Below are positions 63,951-64,000 of a stretch of 64,000 bases of DNA, one piece after another (the first letter of the stretch is position 1; every line of letters starts with the position of its first letter). This stretch comes from Azolla caroliniana (Eukaryota > Plantae > Polypodiophyta). Below the pieces are notes generated by a model. The model did not search any database, was not told the DNA's origin, and saw only the letters and a list, made by a program, of their open reading frames with translations. The stretch covers positions 10,478,001-10,542,000 of the forward strand of contig JBHGNT010000020.1 of the NCBI GenBank assembly GCA_043228905.1. Direction: 5' to 3'. The position numbers were made by a program, and so were the translations under genes.

Positions 63951-64000
63951 TGTCAGGAACAGTACTAAGACAGAGAAGGAATTAGTACTAAAAGAAGTAT
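63951..64000 (-). mobile_element. End of a second LTR of the same chromovirus family, interrupting the integrase (truncated by the window edge)
   Basis: tgtcaggaacagtactaagacagagaaggaattagtactaaa is near-identical to 62225-62266 and abuts the integrase zinc-finger codons. Confidence 0.85.

Overview
Eukaryotic land-plant genomic DNA; probably a seed-free plant such as a fern, inferred from the RTEX-like LINEs and the Tcn1-like chromovirus. There are three intact spliced genes: a 2-exon uncharacterised GNAT-like, probably plastid-targeted protein (+, 2454-4691); a 28-exon transportin-SR/MOS14 (-, 30693-6603, 988 aa); and a 9-exon RRP36 (-, 49624-45146, 256 aa). A decayed tandem duplicate of the RRP36 3' end lies next to that gene. 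The rest is dominated by transposons: a hAT-type MITE; several copies of one LINE family in MOS14 introns, in both orientations; a MULE-derived cluster with SWIM and Ulp1 remnants; two very young Tork/Tnt1-like Copia elements, one with an unbroken ORF; and a deep nest at 51.1-64 kb (Copia-type LTR > full-length LINE in a (GA)n tract > Copia, plus a chromovirus with a second same-family LTR in its integrase). The most unusual signal is that two unrelated LTR families each carry a tRNA-derived A-box/B-box (Pol III) unit inside the LTR, antisense to the element. All coordinates were read by eye and no database searches were run.
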